A DNA stretch of 64,000 nt from Azolla caroliniana (Eukaryota; Plantae; Polypodiophyta), in the NCBI GenBank assembly GCA_043228905.1, contig JBHGNT010000011.1, positions 9,424,001-9,488,000 on the forward strand. Direction: 5' to 3'. Shown one piece after another: positions 12,048 through 23,067 of this stretch. The translations under genes and the position numbers were made by a program. Below the pieces are notes generated by a model that was given only the letters and a program-made list of their open reading frames with translations, was not told the origin of the DNA and made no database searches. Within the stretch, counting starts at the first letter, position 1, and each line of letters opens with the position of its first letter.

Positions 12048-15000
12048 TGTTGGAGACAAGGCCGTGTCGATGCGGAAGATTAAATGGCATTCGATTCGAG
12101 TTGAGTACCTGCGTATGACAGTTTTGCAAGATCGTGCACAGAGAGAGAGAGAGAGAGAGAGGCACAAAAGACTTTCTATTCAATAGAAACAATAATACAA
12201 CCAACCTTACAAAAAAGGTTACAAGGTCACTATATATAGTGACCGACTTAGGGCAACTGCCATTTATGCTAATTACACAAATGGCCCAAACTTGATCTAT
12301 ACAAAGGGATAGTGTGAATACGTCCATTATACACTTGTATTCGACACTCCCTCGTAATGGGCGTATACATGGGTTATCTAAGATTACAGGTATAAACCTA
12401 GGTTCTCGGACATATCAGTTTTGTTCGAGTCGGCAGGGTCCGAAGGCAGAAGACCGAATTGGTCGGGTCGGAAGAGTTGAAGCCGATCATTAAGGAACTG
12501 ATGTCGGTTGTCTGAAACCATCCTGCGCTGTGTCCGGCTCTAACCGGACTGGTTTGTCGTTACGCCCATCTGATGCCGAAGGGACCGAAAGCGGTCTGCC
12601 GAAAGACACTTGGTCATTCCATCTGCGACATTGTCGGTTGTGGATATTTTCTCCAGACCGATTTTCCCTGAAATGACGCAGTCCCGAACGAAGTGATATC
12701 GAACGTCGATATGTTTGGAGGCGTTGTGGTGAACCGGATTTCTCAACAAGGCAACAGCACCTTGACTGTCGCTATAGACAACTGGAGCCGAGTCATGGTC
12801 GACTTGTCGAAACGTGTGCGCCAGCCGGCCGAGCCACAAAGCTTCTTTTGCAGCGTCGGACGCAGCTACATATTCTGCTTCGGTCGTTGAGGTCGCTGTG
12901 CACTCCTGAAGTTTCGACTTCCACGAAATTGCTCCATTGCCGAATTTGAAGCAGTATCCGGTTGTTGATTTCCGACTGTCTATACAACCGGCGAAGTCCG
13001 AGTCGGTGTAACCGACTACGCCTGAGGTTGAGTTCGGACCGAAAAGAATGCCGTGGTCTTTTGTGCCAGCCAGATATTTGAACACATGCTTGACTGCGTT
13101 CCAATGCGATCTGCCAGGATTGTGCATAAATCTGCTAACGACTCCTACGGCATGAGAAATATCAGGCTGTGTTGCGACCATCAGGTACATAAGGGAGCCG
13201 ACTGCCGGTGCATACGGTACCGACTTCATATCTTCCCCCTCCGGACCGGATGTCGGGCAGTCTCGCTGAGAGAGCCGAAGATTCATGGGGAGCGGGGTTG
13301 AAGCAGATTTGGCTGATTGCATGTTGAAGCGTTCCAAGACACGTCCGATATAGTCGGTCTGAGACAAAAAAAGATGTCGGTTATCGCGATGCCGACTAAT
13401 CTTCATGCCAAGTATGTGTCGTGCCGGACCGAGGTCCTTCATGGCAAACTTCAACCGCAATTGCCGAATGAGATCGGCAAGTTCGCCCGCGTGGCGTCCA
13501 GAAATTAGCATGTCGTCCACGTAAATGATGAGGAAGATGGGTGACCCATCGTGAGCTGTGTTGGTAAAAAGACAATGGTCCTCATCGCTTTTTGAGAAGC
13601 CGATCGATTGGATGAAGTCGTCGAACTTCTTATACCATTGTCGCGGTGCCTGTTTGAGGCCGTATAGACTCTTCCTGAGTCGGCAGACTAGATGTTCGTG
13701 GCCAGTTGCCACGAAGCCTTTTGGCTGCTCCATATAAATTTCCTCTTCAAGATCACCATGGAGGAAGGCTGTTTTGACATCTAGCTGAATCAGCTCCAAG
13801 TTGTCGGCTGCCACTACGCCGAGTAGAAAACGAAGGGTTGTCATTTTCACCACTGGTGAAAAAATCTCGTCGAAGTCGACGCCATATTCTTGTCGGAAGC
13901 CCTTCGCGACTAATCTGGCCTTGTACTTTGGGGTGGTCGAATCAGACGTCTCTTTTAGTCGATAAACCCACTTGCAAGGAAGAGCACGTCGATTCTTAGG
14001 TAATTCGACCAGATCCCAAGTCTTGTTTGCCCGAATGGAGTGCATTTCCGACTCCATCGCCAGATGCCAGGTGGCTGAATCGACAGATGTCGATGCTTCT
14101 TCGTAAGACGTCGGTTCGCCGGCGTCGGTGAAGAAAATTCCAGGAGAATACCTCTCCGGAGGTTGCGACAGTCTCTCGGATTGTTGAGGTATGATTGGAC
14201 TGGTCGCATCGGGTATCGAGGTCGGATGGTCCGAAAGCGAATTATTCTGCTGTGCCGAGTCAGAGTTGTCCGAGTCGGTGGTGTAAGGTTCAGCTACCCG
14301 TGAAGCTGACCGTGTGTTAAGAGCGGGGCCTTCTTGAAGGGTCGGCACATCGGAAAATGTTACCCTTCGGACTTCGATCGGTTTTTCGACTGATGGATTC
14401 ATAGCCGACTCGTTGAACACAACGTCCGAACTTCGAACGATTTGTCTGCGTTCGGGGTCCCAGAGTCGGTATCCCATTTCGCCGTCTGATCCATATCCAA
14501 GGAAAATGCATTTCCTGGACCGAGGTGCAAGTTTTCGGCGATCATCTTTCGGAATAAGGGCGTACGCCTCGCATCCGAAGATCCTCAGCTTGTCGTAATT
14601 CGGCTTACTGCCGATCCATAGTTCCTGAGGAATTTGAAGTCCTAGAGGTCTGCTTGGCGACATATTGATTATGTGTACTGCCGTGAGTAGAGCCTCTGCC
14701 CAGAAGCCATCCGACAGTCCGGAGTGTTGGAGCATGGAAACTATCCGTTCTTGGATTGTCCGATTCATTCGTTCTGCAATCCCGTTTTGCTCCGGACTGT
14801 GTGGTGCCGTAAATTCACGTCGGATGCCGCGTTGTCGGCAGAATTTGACGAATTCTTCTGATTAGAACTCTCCCCCATTGTCGGTCCGAAAGCATTTCAG
14901 TTTTCGGTCGGTTTGATTTTCTACCATAGCGAGCCAATCGGAGAAGATCGAGAAGACATGATCTTTGGTGCGAATTGGATAAGCCCACACCTTTCGAGTC

Positions 15001-17565
15001 GAATCATCAATAAAACTGACGAAGTAAGAGGCACCGCCGAGAGACTGATGCGGCATTGGGCCACAGACGTCCGAGTGGACTAAATCGAGAGGTCTCGTTT
15101 CTCTTGGTGCTGATGTCGGGTGTGATGCGGCTGCTTGTTTGCCATACTTGCAATGTTCGCAGAATTGATGGTCCGAGAAGGAGAGTTTAGGGATGTATCC
15201 GGCTCTAGATAGATGCGTAATGCCGGCCTTGCTGAGGTGTCCTAATCTTCTGTGCCATAGTGATGACACAGGAATATCCACCAAAAACAGGTTACCCTCT
15301 CTGAGCGTAACATGTAACGGATACAGTGAGTGTATCTTGGGTCCTCTAGCAAGCAGGAGGTTCCCCCTGTGGAGTGTCCACCCTCCCGAAGAAAAACCGG
15401 CACGAATGCCGTCTTCGTCTAGTTGTCCGACTAAGATCAATGGTCTAGAGAGCTCGGGTACATGTCGGACATTGTGAAGTACAAGTGTAGAGCCACCTGC
15501 AAGGTTGAGCTCTACTGTGCCGATGCCAATGATGTCACAGTGTTGCGAGTTGCCGACTCGAACTGAGTCGGAGTGACGGATCGTATAGTGCCGAAATTGG
15601 GATCGATGAGGAGTCACGTGAAATGACGCGCCCGAATCTAAGAGCCATGTGCTCGATTCTTCAGTCGTGAGCAGAACTTCTGATCCGACTGGATTTTCGA
15701 TTGATAGTATATTCGGGTCGTTTGGTAGCACATCAGCTGAGAAGCTGACGTAATTGATCTCCTCATGCCGGCCACTCTTCTTGTCTGATTTCTGAGACTT
15801 GTCGTTCTTGTTCTTGAGTGCGCGGCAGTCGGCTTTGATGTGTCCGGGTTTCTTGCAATAGTTGCAGATTCGATTATCCCGTGACTGGCTCCGTCTTCGC
15901 TGATTGTTTGGCTGCCGTGAGGAATCTCTTCCTCGTATGTTCGATCGGTCTGTCGAACCTTGTACTACGTAAGCGTCGTCTGTTGAGTCTTTGCCGAAAG
16001 ACTTTCTCCGAGCTGCTTCGGTCAGGATTGCGCTCGTGACTTCGGAGTATTTAACAGCCGTGGTTGACGCGTTGCACACGGTTGTGACGAAAGTTTCCCA
16101 TGATGAGGGAAGGCTGCTCATGAGTATCATTGCTCTGAGTTCATCCTCGATTGCCGTCCCCTGAGATGAGATTTGGGAGCTTATGCTTTCGTACTCATTT
16201 AGATGTGCTTGAACCGAATCGGATTCTTTCATCCGCAAGTTGTAGAGGCGCCGAATAAGAAACATCTTCGTTGCAGCGACCTTCTTTTCGTAGGTGTCCG
16301 ACAGTGTTTTCCACAGTTCGAATGTTGTCGTACACGATTGCACCGTAAAGTATACCGATTCCGAAAGGTGCATCCGAATCGTGGCGCGGACGATTCTGTC
16401 CAGCTTCTGCCACTCAATTGGTTTGTATCCTTCTGGAGGTTCTTCATTTTCGATGGGATCGATTTGCCCCTTGACTATGAGATAGTCCTGCATTTGCTCC
16501 TTCCAGAAGTTGAAGTTCGATCCATCGAACTTTCGTAGACTCATTTCTAACGAGCCGGATGTTGATGCCATCAAATTTGGTTTCGGTTGACGAAGCTCGG
16601 TTCGGAGTTGACTACGAACCTTGTTGGAGTGCAGCCGGTTGGCTCACCCGATATCGTTCTAGTCGGATTTGAACCCGAGTCGGTTCGGCTTCGGATATAT
16701 GTATTGTTGAGCTTGCTCGAATTGACTCCGGTAACTTGAGGGACAGAACCGACTGGTCTTCCCGAATGTTGCCGAGTCGGAGTGAGCCCGGTTCGCTTCC
16801 GAATATATATGCCAAATACCGATTATTGAAACCGATTGTCTGGACCGATTCTGCTTCGGGTGACTGCAGCGACGAGAGAGACGGATCCAACTGATCCTCC
16901 CGAATGTCGATCAGCTGGATGAAGCACGAATTGGGGTTGTTGTCTTGAGACTGGTCTGCACCGAGTGGTTACAATGAGCGGCGAGCAGCGTTTGATGACC
17001 TCTTCGGATGCCGTTTAACCGAGTGGAGCACGATCGTGTCAATGTTGCATAAGGGGATTTCACCTCGAGCGGTTACGATCACAAGGAACAGAGTACAACC
17101 TGCTGGCTTACTCCAAGCGAAGATGACCTAACGCGATGAGATGCAAGCCTCGTTTTTCTTCTTCTTCTCTCTTCTTCGAATGACGCAAGAAACTGAATGT
17201 TGTGCAGGCTGAGACGACGGCCGACAGCGGGATGAAGGACCGAATACTGTGCAGGCTCTGATACCAAATGTTGGAGACAAGGCCGTGTCGATGCGGAAGA
17301 TTAAATGGCATTCGATTCGAGTTGAGTACCTGCGTATGACAGTTTTGCAAGATCGTGCACAGAGAGAGAGAGAGAGAGAGGCACAAAAGACTTTCTATTC
17401 AATAGAAACAATAATACAACCAACCTTACAAAAAAGGTTACAAGGTCACTATATATAGTGACCGACTTAGGGCAACTGCCATTTATGCTAATTACACAAA
17501 TGGCCCAAACTTGATCTATACAAAGGGATAGTGTGAATACGTCCATTATACACTTGTATTCGACA
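12048..17565 (-). mobile_element. Full-length, very young Ty1/Copia element (Tnt1/Tork-like)
   Basis: LTRs 12048-12346 and 17269-17565 look identical by eye except for GA-repeat length. TSD CTTTA on both sides; iMet PBS 17255-17266; PPT next to 12347. Confidence 0.97.
12540..16571 (-). pseudogene. gag-pol: Copia Gag-PR-INT-RT-RNaseH polyprotein with one in-frame TAA (14862-14864) in the integrase core
   Basis: ORFs 14862-16574 and 12540-14768 share a frame. Motifs CNYCKKPGHIKADC, WLLDSGAS, LVHSDVCGP, RTDNGGEF*SEEF, LKQAPRQW, YVDDML, YTDSDFAG, KHIDVRYHF. Confidence 0.95.
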
Positions 17566-18054
17566 CTTTATGAGGAGGAGAGGTGCATGGGCAAGCCCGA
17601 ACGCTCCCTCGTCACAAGACGACCTAACGTACAAGGAATACACAAACACACGCACAAATGCTCGTACGTCTTTATGAGGAGGAGAGGTGCATGGGCACGC
17701 CCGAAACACTCCCTTGTCACAAGAAGGCTGAATGTACAAGGAAGACACAAACACACGCATAAAATGCTCGTATGCCTTTATGAGGAGGAGAGGTGCATGG
17801 GCAAGCCCAAACGCTCCCTCGTCACAAGATGACCGAACGTACAAGGAAGACACAAACACACACACAAATGCTTGTACGTCTTTATGAGGAGAGGTGCATG
17901 GGCACGCCTGAAACACTCCCTCGTCACAAGACAACCGAACGTACAAGGAAGACACAAACACACACACAAAATGCTTGTACGCCTTTATGAGGAGGAGAGA
18001 TGCATGGGCAAAGCCTGAACGCTCCCTCGTCACAAGAAAACCGAACGTACAAGG
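17566..18054. repeat. Tandem repeat of about 105 bp (about 8 units in total; other parts at about 11925-12047 and 21516-21730), split by two Copia insertions
   Basis: CTTTATGAGGAG(GAG)AGGTGCATGGGCA...GTCACAAGA...CGAACGTACAAGGAAGACACAAACAC recurs at 17566, 17670, 17776, 17880, 17983, 21554 and 21659. Confidence 0.95.
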
Positions 18055-18139
18055 TGTTGTAAGCAATGTCGTCAGTGCGGAAGATCAAGAAGCACTCGAT
18101 TCCTGTTTATTCCCTGCGTATGACTGTTTCTATGTCGTT

Positions 18140-18176
<37 letters not shown>

Positions 18177-21100
18177 CACACAAGATTTTCTTTATTTCTC
18201 AAAGCAATAATAATACAACAACCAACCTTACAAAAAGGTTACAAGGTCACTATATATAGTGACCGACTTAGGGCAACTACCCTTTATGCTAATTACATAA
18301 ATGGCCAAAACGGGATAGTGTGAATACGTCCATTATACACATGTATTCGACACTCCCCCGTAATGGGCGTATACATGGGTTATCTGAGATTACAGGTATA
18401 GACTTGGGTTCTCAGACATATCAGCTTTGTTCGAGTCGGCAGGGTCCGAAGGCAGAAGACCGAACTGGTCGGGTCGGAACAGTTGAAGCCGATCATTAAG
18501 AAACTGATGTCGGTTGTCGGGAACCATCCTGCTCTGTTGTCCGGCTCTAACCGGACTGGTTTGTCGTTACGCCCATCTGATGCCGAAGAGACCGAAAACG
18601 GTCTGCCGAAAGACACTTGGTCATTCCATCTGCGACATTGTCGGTTGTGGATATTTTCTCTAGACCGATTTTCCCTGAAATGACGCAGTCCCGAACGAAG
18701 TGATATCGAACGTCGATATGTTTGGAGGCGTTGTGGTGAACCGGATTTTTCGACAAGGCAACAGCACCTTGACTGTCGCTGTAGACAACTGGAGCCGAGT
18801 CATGGTCGACTTGTCGAAACGTGTGCGCCAGCCGACCGAGCCACAAAGCTTCTTTTGCTGCGTCGGACGCAGCTACATATTCTGCTTCGGTCGTTGAGGT
18901 CGCTGTGCACTCCTGAAGTTTCGACTTCCACGAGATTGCTCCATTGCCGAATTTGAAGCAGTATCCGGTTGTTGATTTCCGACTGTCTATACAACCGGCG
19001 AAGTCCGAGTCGGTGTAACCGACTACGCCTGAGGTTCGGTTCGGACCGAAAAGAATGCCATGGTCTTTTGTGCCAGCCAGATATCTGAACACATGCTTGA
19101 CTGCGTTCCAATGCGATCGGCCAGGATTGTGCATAAATCTGCTAACGACTCCTACGGCGTGAGAGATATCAGGCCGTGTCGCGACCATCAGGTACATAAG
19201 GGAGCCGACTGCCGGTGCATACGGTACCGACTTCATATCTTCCCCCTCCGGACCGGATGTCGGGCAGTCTCGCTGAGAGAGCCGAAGATTCATGGGGAGC
19301 GGGGTTGAAGCAGATTTGGCTGATTGCATGTTGAAGCGTTCCAAGACACGTCCGATATAGTCGGTCTGAGACAAAAAAAGATGTCGTTTATCGCGATGCC
19401 GACTAATCTTCATGCCGAGTATGTGTCGTGCCGGACCAAGGTCCTTCATGGCAAACTTCAACCGCAGTTGCCGAATGAGATCGGCAAGGTCGCCCGCGTG
19501 GCGTCCAGAAATTAGCATGTCGTCCACGTAAATGATGAGGAAGATGGGTGATCCATCTTGAGCTGTGTTGGTGAAGAGACAATGGTCCTCATCGCTTTTG
19601 GAGAAGCCGATCGATTGGATGAAGTCGTCGAACTTCTTGTACCATTGTCGCGGTGCCTGTTTGAGGCCGTATAGACTCTTCCTGAGTCGGCAGACTAGAT
19701 GTTCTTGGCCAGGTGCCACGAAGCCTTTTGGCTGCTCCATATAAATTTCCTCCTTGAGATCACCATGGAGGAAGGCTGTTTTGACATCTAGCTGAATCAG
19801 CTCCAAGTTGTCGGCTGCCACTACGCCGAGTAGAAAACGAAGGGTTGTCATTTTCACCACTGGTGAAAAAATCTCGTCGAAGTCGACGCCATATTCTTGT
19901 CGGAAGCCCTTCGCAACTAATCTGGCCTTGTACTTTGGGGTGGTCGAATCAGACGTCTCTTTTAGTCGATAAACCCACTTGCAAGGAAGAGCACGTCGGT
20001 TCCTAGGTAATTCGACCAGATCCCAAGTTTTGTTTGCTCGAATGGAGTGCATTTCCGACTCCATCGCCAGATGCCAGGTGGCGGAATTGACAGATGTCGA
20101 TGCTTCTTCGTAAGACGTCGGTTCGCCGGCGTCGGTGAAGAAAATTCCAGGAGAATACCTCTCCGGAGGTTGCGACAGTCTCTCGGATCGTCGAGGTATG
20201 ATTGGACTGGTCGCATCGGGTATCGAGGTCGGATGGTCCGAAAGCGGATTGTTCTGCTGTGCCGAGTCGGAGTTGTCCGAGTCGGTAGAGTAAGGTTCAG
20301 CTACCCGTGAAGCTGACCGTGTGTTGAGAGCGGGGCCTTCTTGAAGGGTTGGCACATCGGAAAATGTTACCCTTCGGACTTCGATTGGTTTTTCGACGGA
20401 TGGGTTCATAGCCGACTCGTTGAACACAACGTCCGAACTTCGAACGATTTGCCTGCGTTCGGAGTCCCAGAGTCGGTATCCCATTTCGCCGTCGGATCCA
20501 TATCCAAGGAAAATGCTCTGATACCAGATGTTGATGCCATCAAATTCGGTTTAAGTTGACGAAGCTCGGTTCGAAGTTGACTACGAACCTTGTTGGAGTG
20601 CAGCCGGTTGGCTCACCCGATATCGTTCTAGTCAGATTTGAACCCGAGTCGGTTCGGCTTCGGAACTTGCTCGAATTGACTTCGGTAGCTTGAGGGACAG
20701 AACCGACTGGTCTTCCCGAATGTTGCCGAGTCGGAGCCTGGTTCGTTTCGGATATATATGCCGAATACCGATTATTAAAACCGATTATCTGAACCGATTT
20801 TGCTTCGGTTGACTGCAGCGACGAGAGAGACGGATCCGACTGATCCTCCCGAATGTCGATCAGCCAGATGAAGCACGAATTTGGGGTTGTTGTCTTAAGA
20901 CCGATCTGCACCGAGTGGTTACAACGAGCAGCGAGTAGCGTTTAACGACCTTTTCGGATGCCGTTTAACCGAGTGGAGCACGATCGTGTCAATGTTGCAC
21001 AAGGGGATTTCACCTCGAGCGGTTACGATCACAAGGAACGGAGTACAACCTGCTGGCTTACTCCAAGCAAAGATGATCTAACGCGATGAGATGCAAACCT

Positions 21101-21294
21101 GGTTTTTCTTCTTCTTCTCTCTTCTTCGAATGACGCAGGAAACCGAATGCAGAGACGACGGCCGACAGCGGATTGAAGGACCGACTGCTGTGCAGGCTCT
21201 GATACCAGATGTTGTAAGCAATGTCGTCAGTGCGGAAGATCAAGAAGCACTCGATTCCTGTTTATTCCCTGCGTATGACTGTTTCTATGTCGTT

Positions 21295-21339
<45 letters not shown>

Positions 21340-21515
21340 CACACAAGATTTTCTTTATTTCTCAAAGCAATAATAATACAACAACCAACCTTACAAAAAG
21401 GTTACAAGGTCACTATATATAGTGACCGACTTAGGGCAACTACCCTTTATGCTAATTACATAAATGGCCAAAACGGGATAGTGTGAATACGTCCATTATA
21501 CACATGTATTCGACA
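18055..21515 (-). mobile_element. Young internally deleted Copia of the same family (lacks gag, PR and the integrase core)
   Basis: LTRs 18055-18352 and 21210-21515 differ by eye only in GA-repeat length. TSD CAAGG; PBS 21196-21207; deletion junction near 20515-20533. Confidence 0.97.
18547..20484 (-). CDS. pol: Intact RT-RNaseH ORF (645 aa) of the truncated Copia
   Basis: Nearly identical to the C-terminal 645 aa of the neighbouring element; YVDD and RNase H motifs are intact. Confidence 0.85.
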   Translation of the reverse strand: MGYRLWDSERRQIVRSSDVVFNESAMNPSVEKPIEVRRVTFSDVPTLQEGPALNTRSASRVAEPYSTDSDNSDSAQQNNPLSDHPTSIPDATSPIIPRRSERLSQPPERYSPGIFFTDAGEPTSYEEASTSVNSATWHLAMESEMHSIRANKTWDLVELPRNRRALPCKWVYRLKETSDSTTPKYKARLVAKGFRQEYGVDFDEIFSPVVKMTTLRFLLGVVAADNLELIQLDVKTAFLHGDLKEEIYMEQPKGFVAPGQEHLVCRLRKSLYGLKQAPRQWYKKFDDFIQSIGFSKSDEDHCLFTNTAQDGSPIFLIIYVDDMLISGRHAGDLADLIRQLRLKFAMKDLGPARHILGMKISRHRDKRHLFLSQTDYIGRVLERFNMQSAKSASTPLPMNLRLSQRDCPTSGPEGEDMKSVPYAPAVGSLMYLMVATRPDISHAVGVVSRFMHNPGRSHWNAVKHVFRYLAGTKDHGILFGPNRTSGVVGYTDSDFAGCIDSRKSTTGYCFKFGNGAISWKSKLQECTATSTTEAEYVAASDAAKEALWLGRLAHTFRQVDHDSAPVVYSDSQGAVALSKNPVHHNASKHIDVRYHFVRDCVISGKIGLEKISTTDNVADGMTKCLSADRFRSLRHQMGVTTNQSG

Positions 21516-23067
21516 CAAGGAAGACACAAACACACGCACAAATGCTCGTATGTCTTTATGAGGAGGAGAGGTGCATGGGCACGCCCGAAACGCTCCCTCA
21601 TCACAAGATGACCGAACGTACAAGGAAGATACAAACACACGCAAGATTGCTCGTACGCCTTTATGAGGAGGAGAGGTGAATGGGCACGCTCGAAATGCTC
21701 CCTCGTCACAAGACGACCGAACATACAAGTGGACGAGAACAAAGAGAGAAAGAAAGAAAGAAAGAAAGAAAGAAAAACACGAATGATATTGGCTAAATAA
21801 ATAAATATGTGTTCGATTCCAATGCAAGATGACCCTTTATAAAATAGGGTTTGATTACAATGTGGCAACTTCTAGTTAACCACAAGCTCAACAAAACATA
21901 AATACTAAATGCCCTTAGAGACAAGAGCAAATCCGAACACGACGAAGACGAACACACAAGCACCACAAAAAAGCCGACCCCAACGAACCATGACCACCCA
22001 AACGGCGAGCACACAGGCTTGCAACGACAGACAGGGCGAAGCAATGTCGAACCAACGAAGCTCGGGCTCACGAGCACTTCGAGTCCCAACGCGAAGAAGA
22101 GGAGCACGTGGCGATGAGGGGATGAAGGGGTATGAGATGAAGAGAAGTGGTGAAGAAGAAGATGAAGAGCTCCGATGGAAAAATGGCGATAGTCTCCTCC
22201 TCCCAAAACGTCCTCTAAAATGAGCCCCCGTCGACCTTCTTTTATAGGAAAAAAAGAAGGGGGGTCGCCAATTTTGTCTTCAATGAAAAAGGAATAAAAT
22301 TCCTTAAATCACGTTGCATTGTAAGACTGGATTTGAACCAATCACCTCTAGCTAAAAGTTAATGTGACTACTCACTAGCCCATTAACTCTCTTTTATATG
22401 ATATATAATTCTATCTCTACAAATTCATAACCTGTCTCCCCTCTACTTTTTTATCTCTCCTCTCTCTTACTTTTTACACGAGCTTCTATACCCCCTTCCC
22501 ACCCTTTCTTTTCCCTTTTCCTTTGCATGTGCATAATTAATTGCCTTTGTATGCACACACATTGCACATGCACATTTTGACACCCCCCTTTCGCCGGTTT
22601 TCCCACTCTCGAGCATGCCACATCACGATAACGTGCATAACCATAATTGATCACGAGATGGATTTTCTGTAGTTTGCCCTAATCTTATGATGAGAGTTTG
22701 TGCCAGTTAAGTCAGAAAGGAATCGTATTCAATTCTATGGTTTGATGTAACTATTAAATGTGTTATCATTTAACCACTTTGTATAAAGTAGTCAAGTTTG
22801 TACACACTAGAGCCTAGAATTTCTATGAATTAAGAAGGGTAGCTACATTCTTCTTATCAGGGAGGCTTAACTTATGTTGAGACTTTGACAATGTGGTTAT
22901 GGCTCTTGTTATCTAAGCACGTATGATCCTTGCGGAACCCAAGGTACGACCTCGCATCAACCCTTGATGGTATGGGGCATCGAGGAGGTTTTCGGGTCCG
23001 TGTCACGCTGTTACTAGAGGCGGTCAACAGGTTTGGCACCACTCTTTCCTTTCTTTGGTCTATAATT

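Larger units (their letters stand above)
11645..22630 (-). mobile_element. Large Gypsy-type solo LTR (about 2.0 kb once the two nested Copia elements are removed)
   Basis: Terminal inverted repeats TGTCGCGATG / CATCACGATA; 4-bp TSD ACGT (11641-11644, 22631-22634). The start resembles the LTRs at 33312 and 36366 (ACCACGGGGG motif). Confidence 0.75.

Noticed and set aside
12693-13508. Antisense and alternate-frame ORFs repeated in both young Copia copies
   Set aside because: They recur only because the two elements are nearly identical; GC-rich pol sequence yields shadow ORFs.
14862-14864. In-frame TAA as a programmed gag/pol readthrough
   Set aside because: It lies inside the integrase catalytic core (DNGGEF*SEEF), not at a gag-pol boundary; a simple nonsense mutation is more likely.
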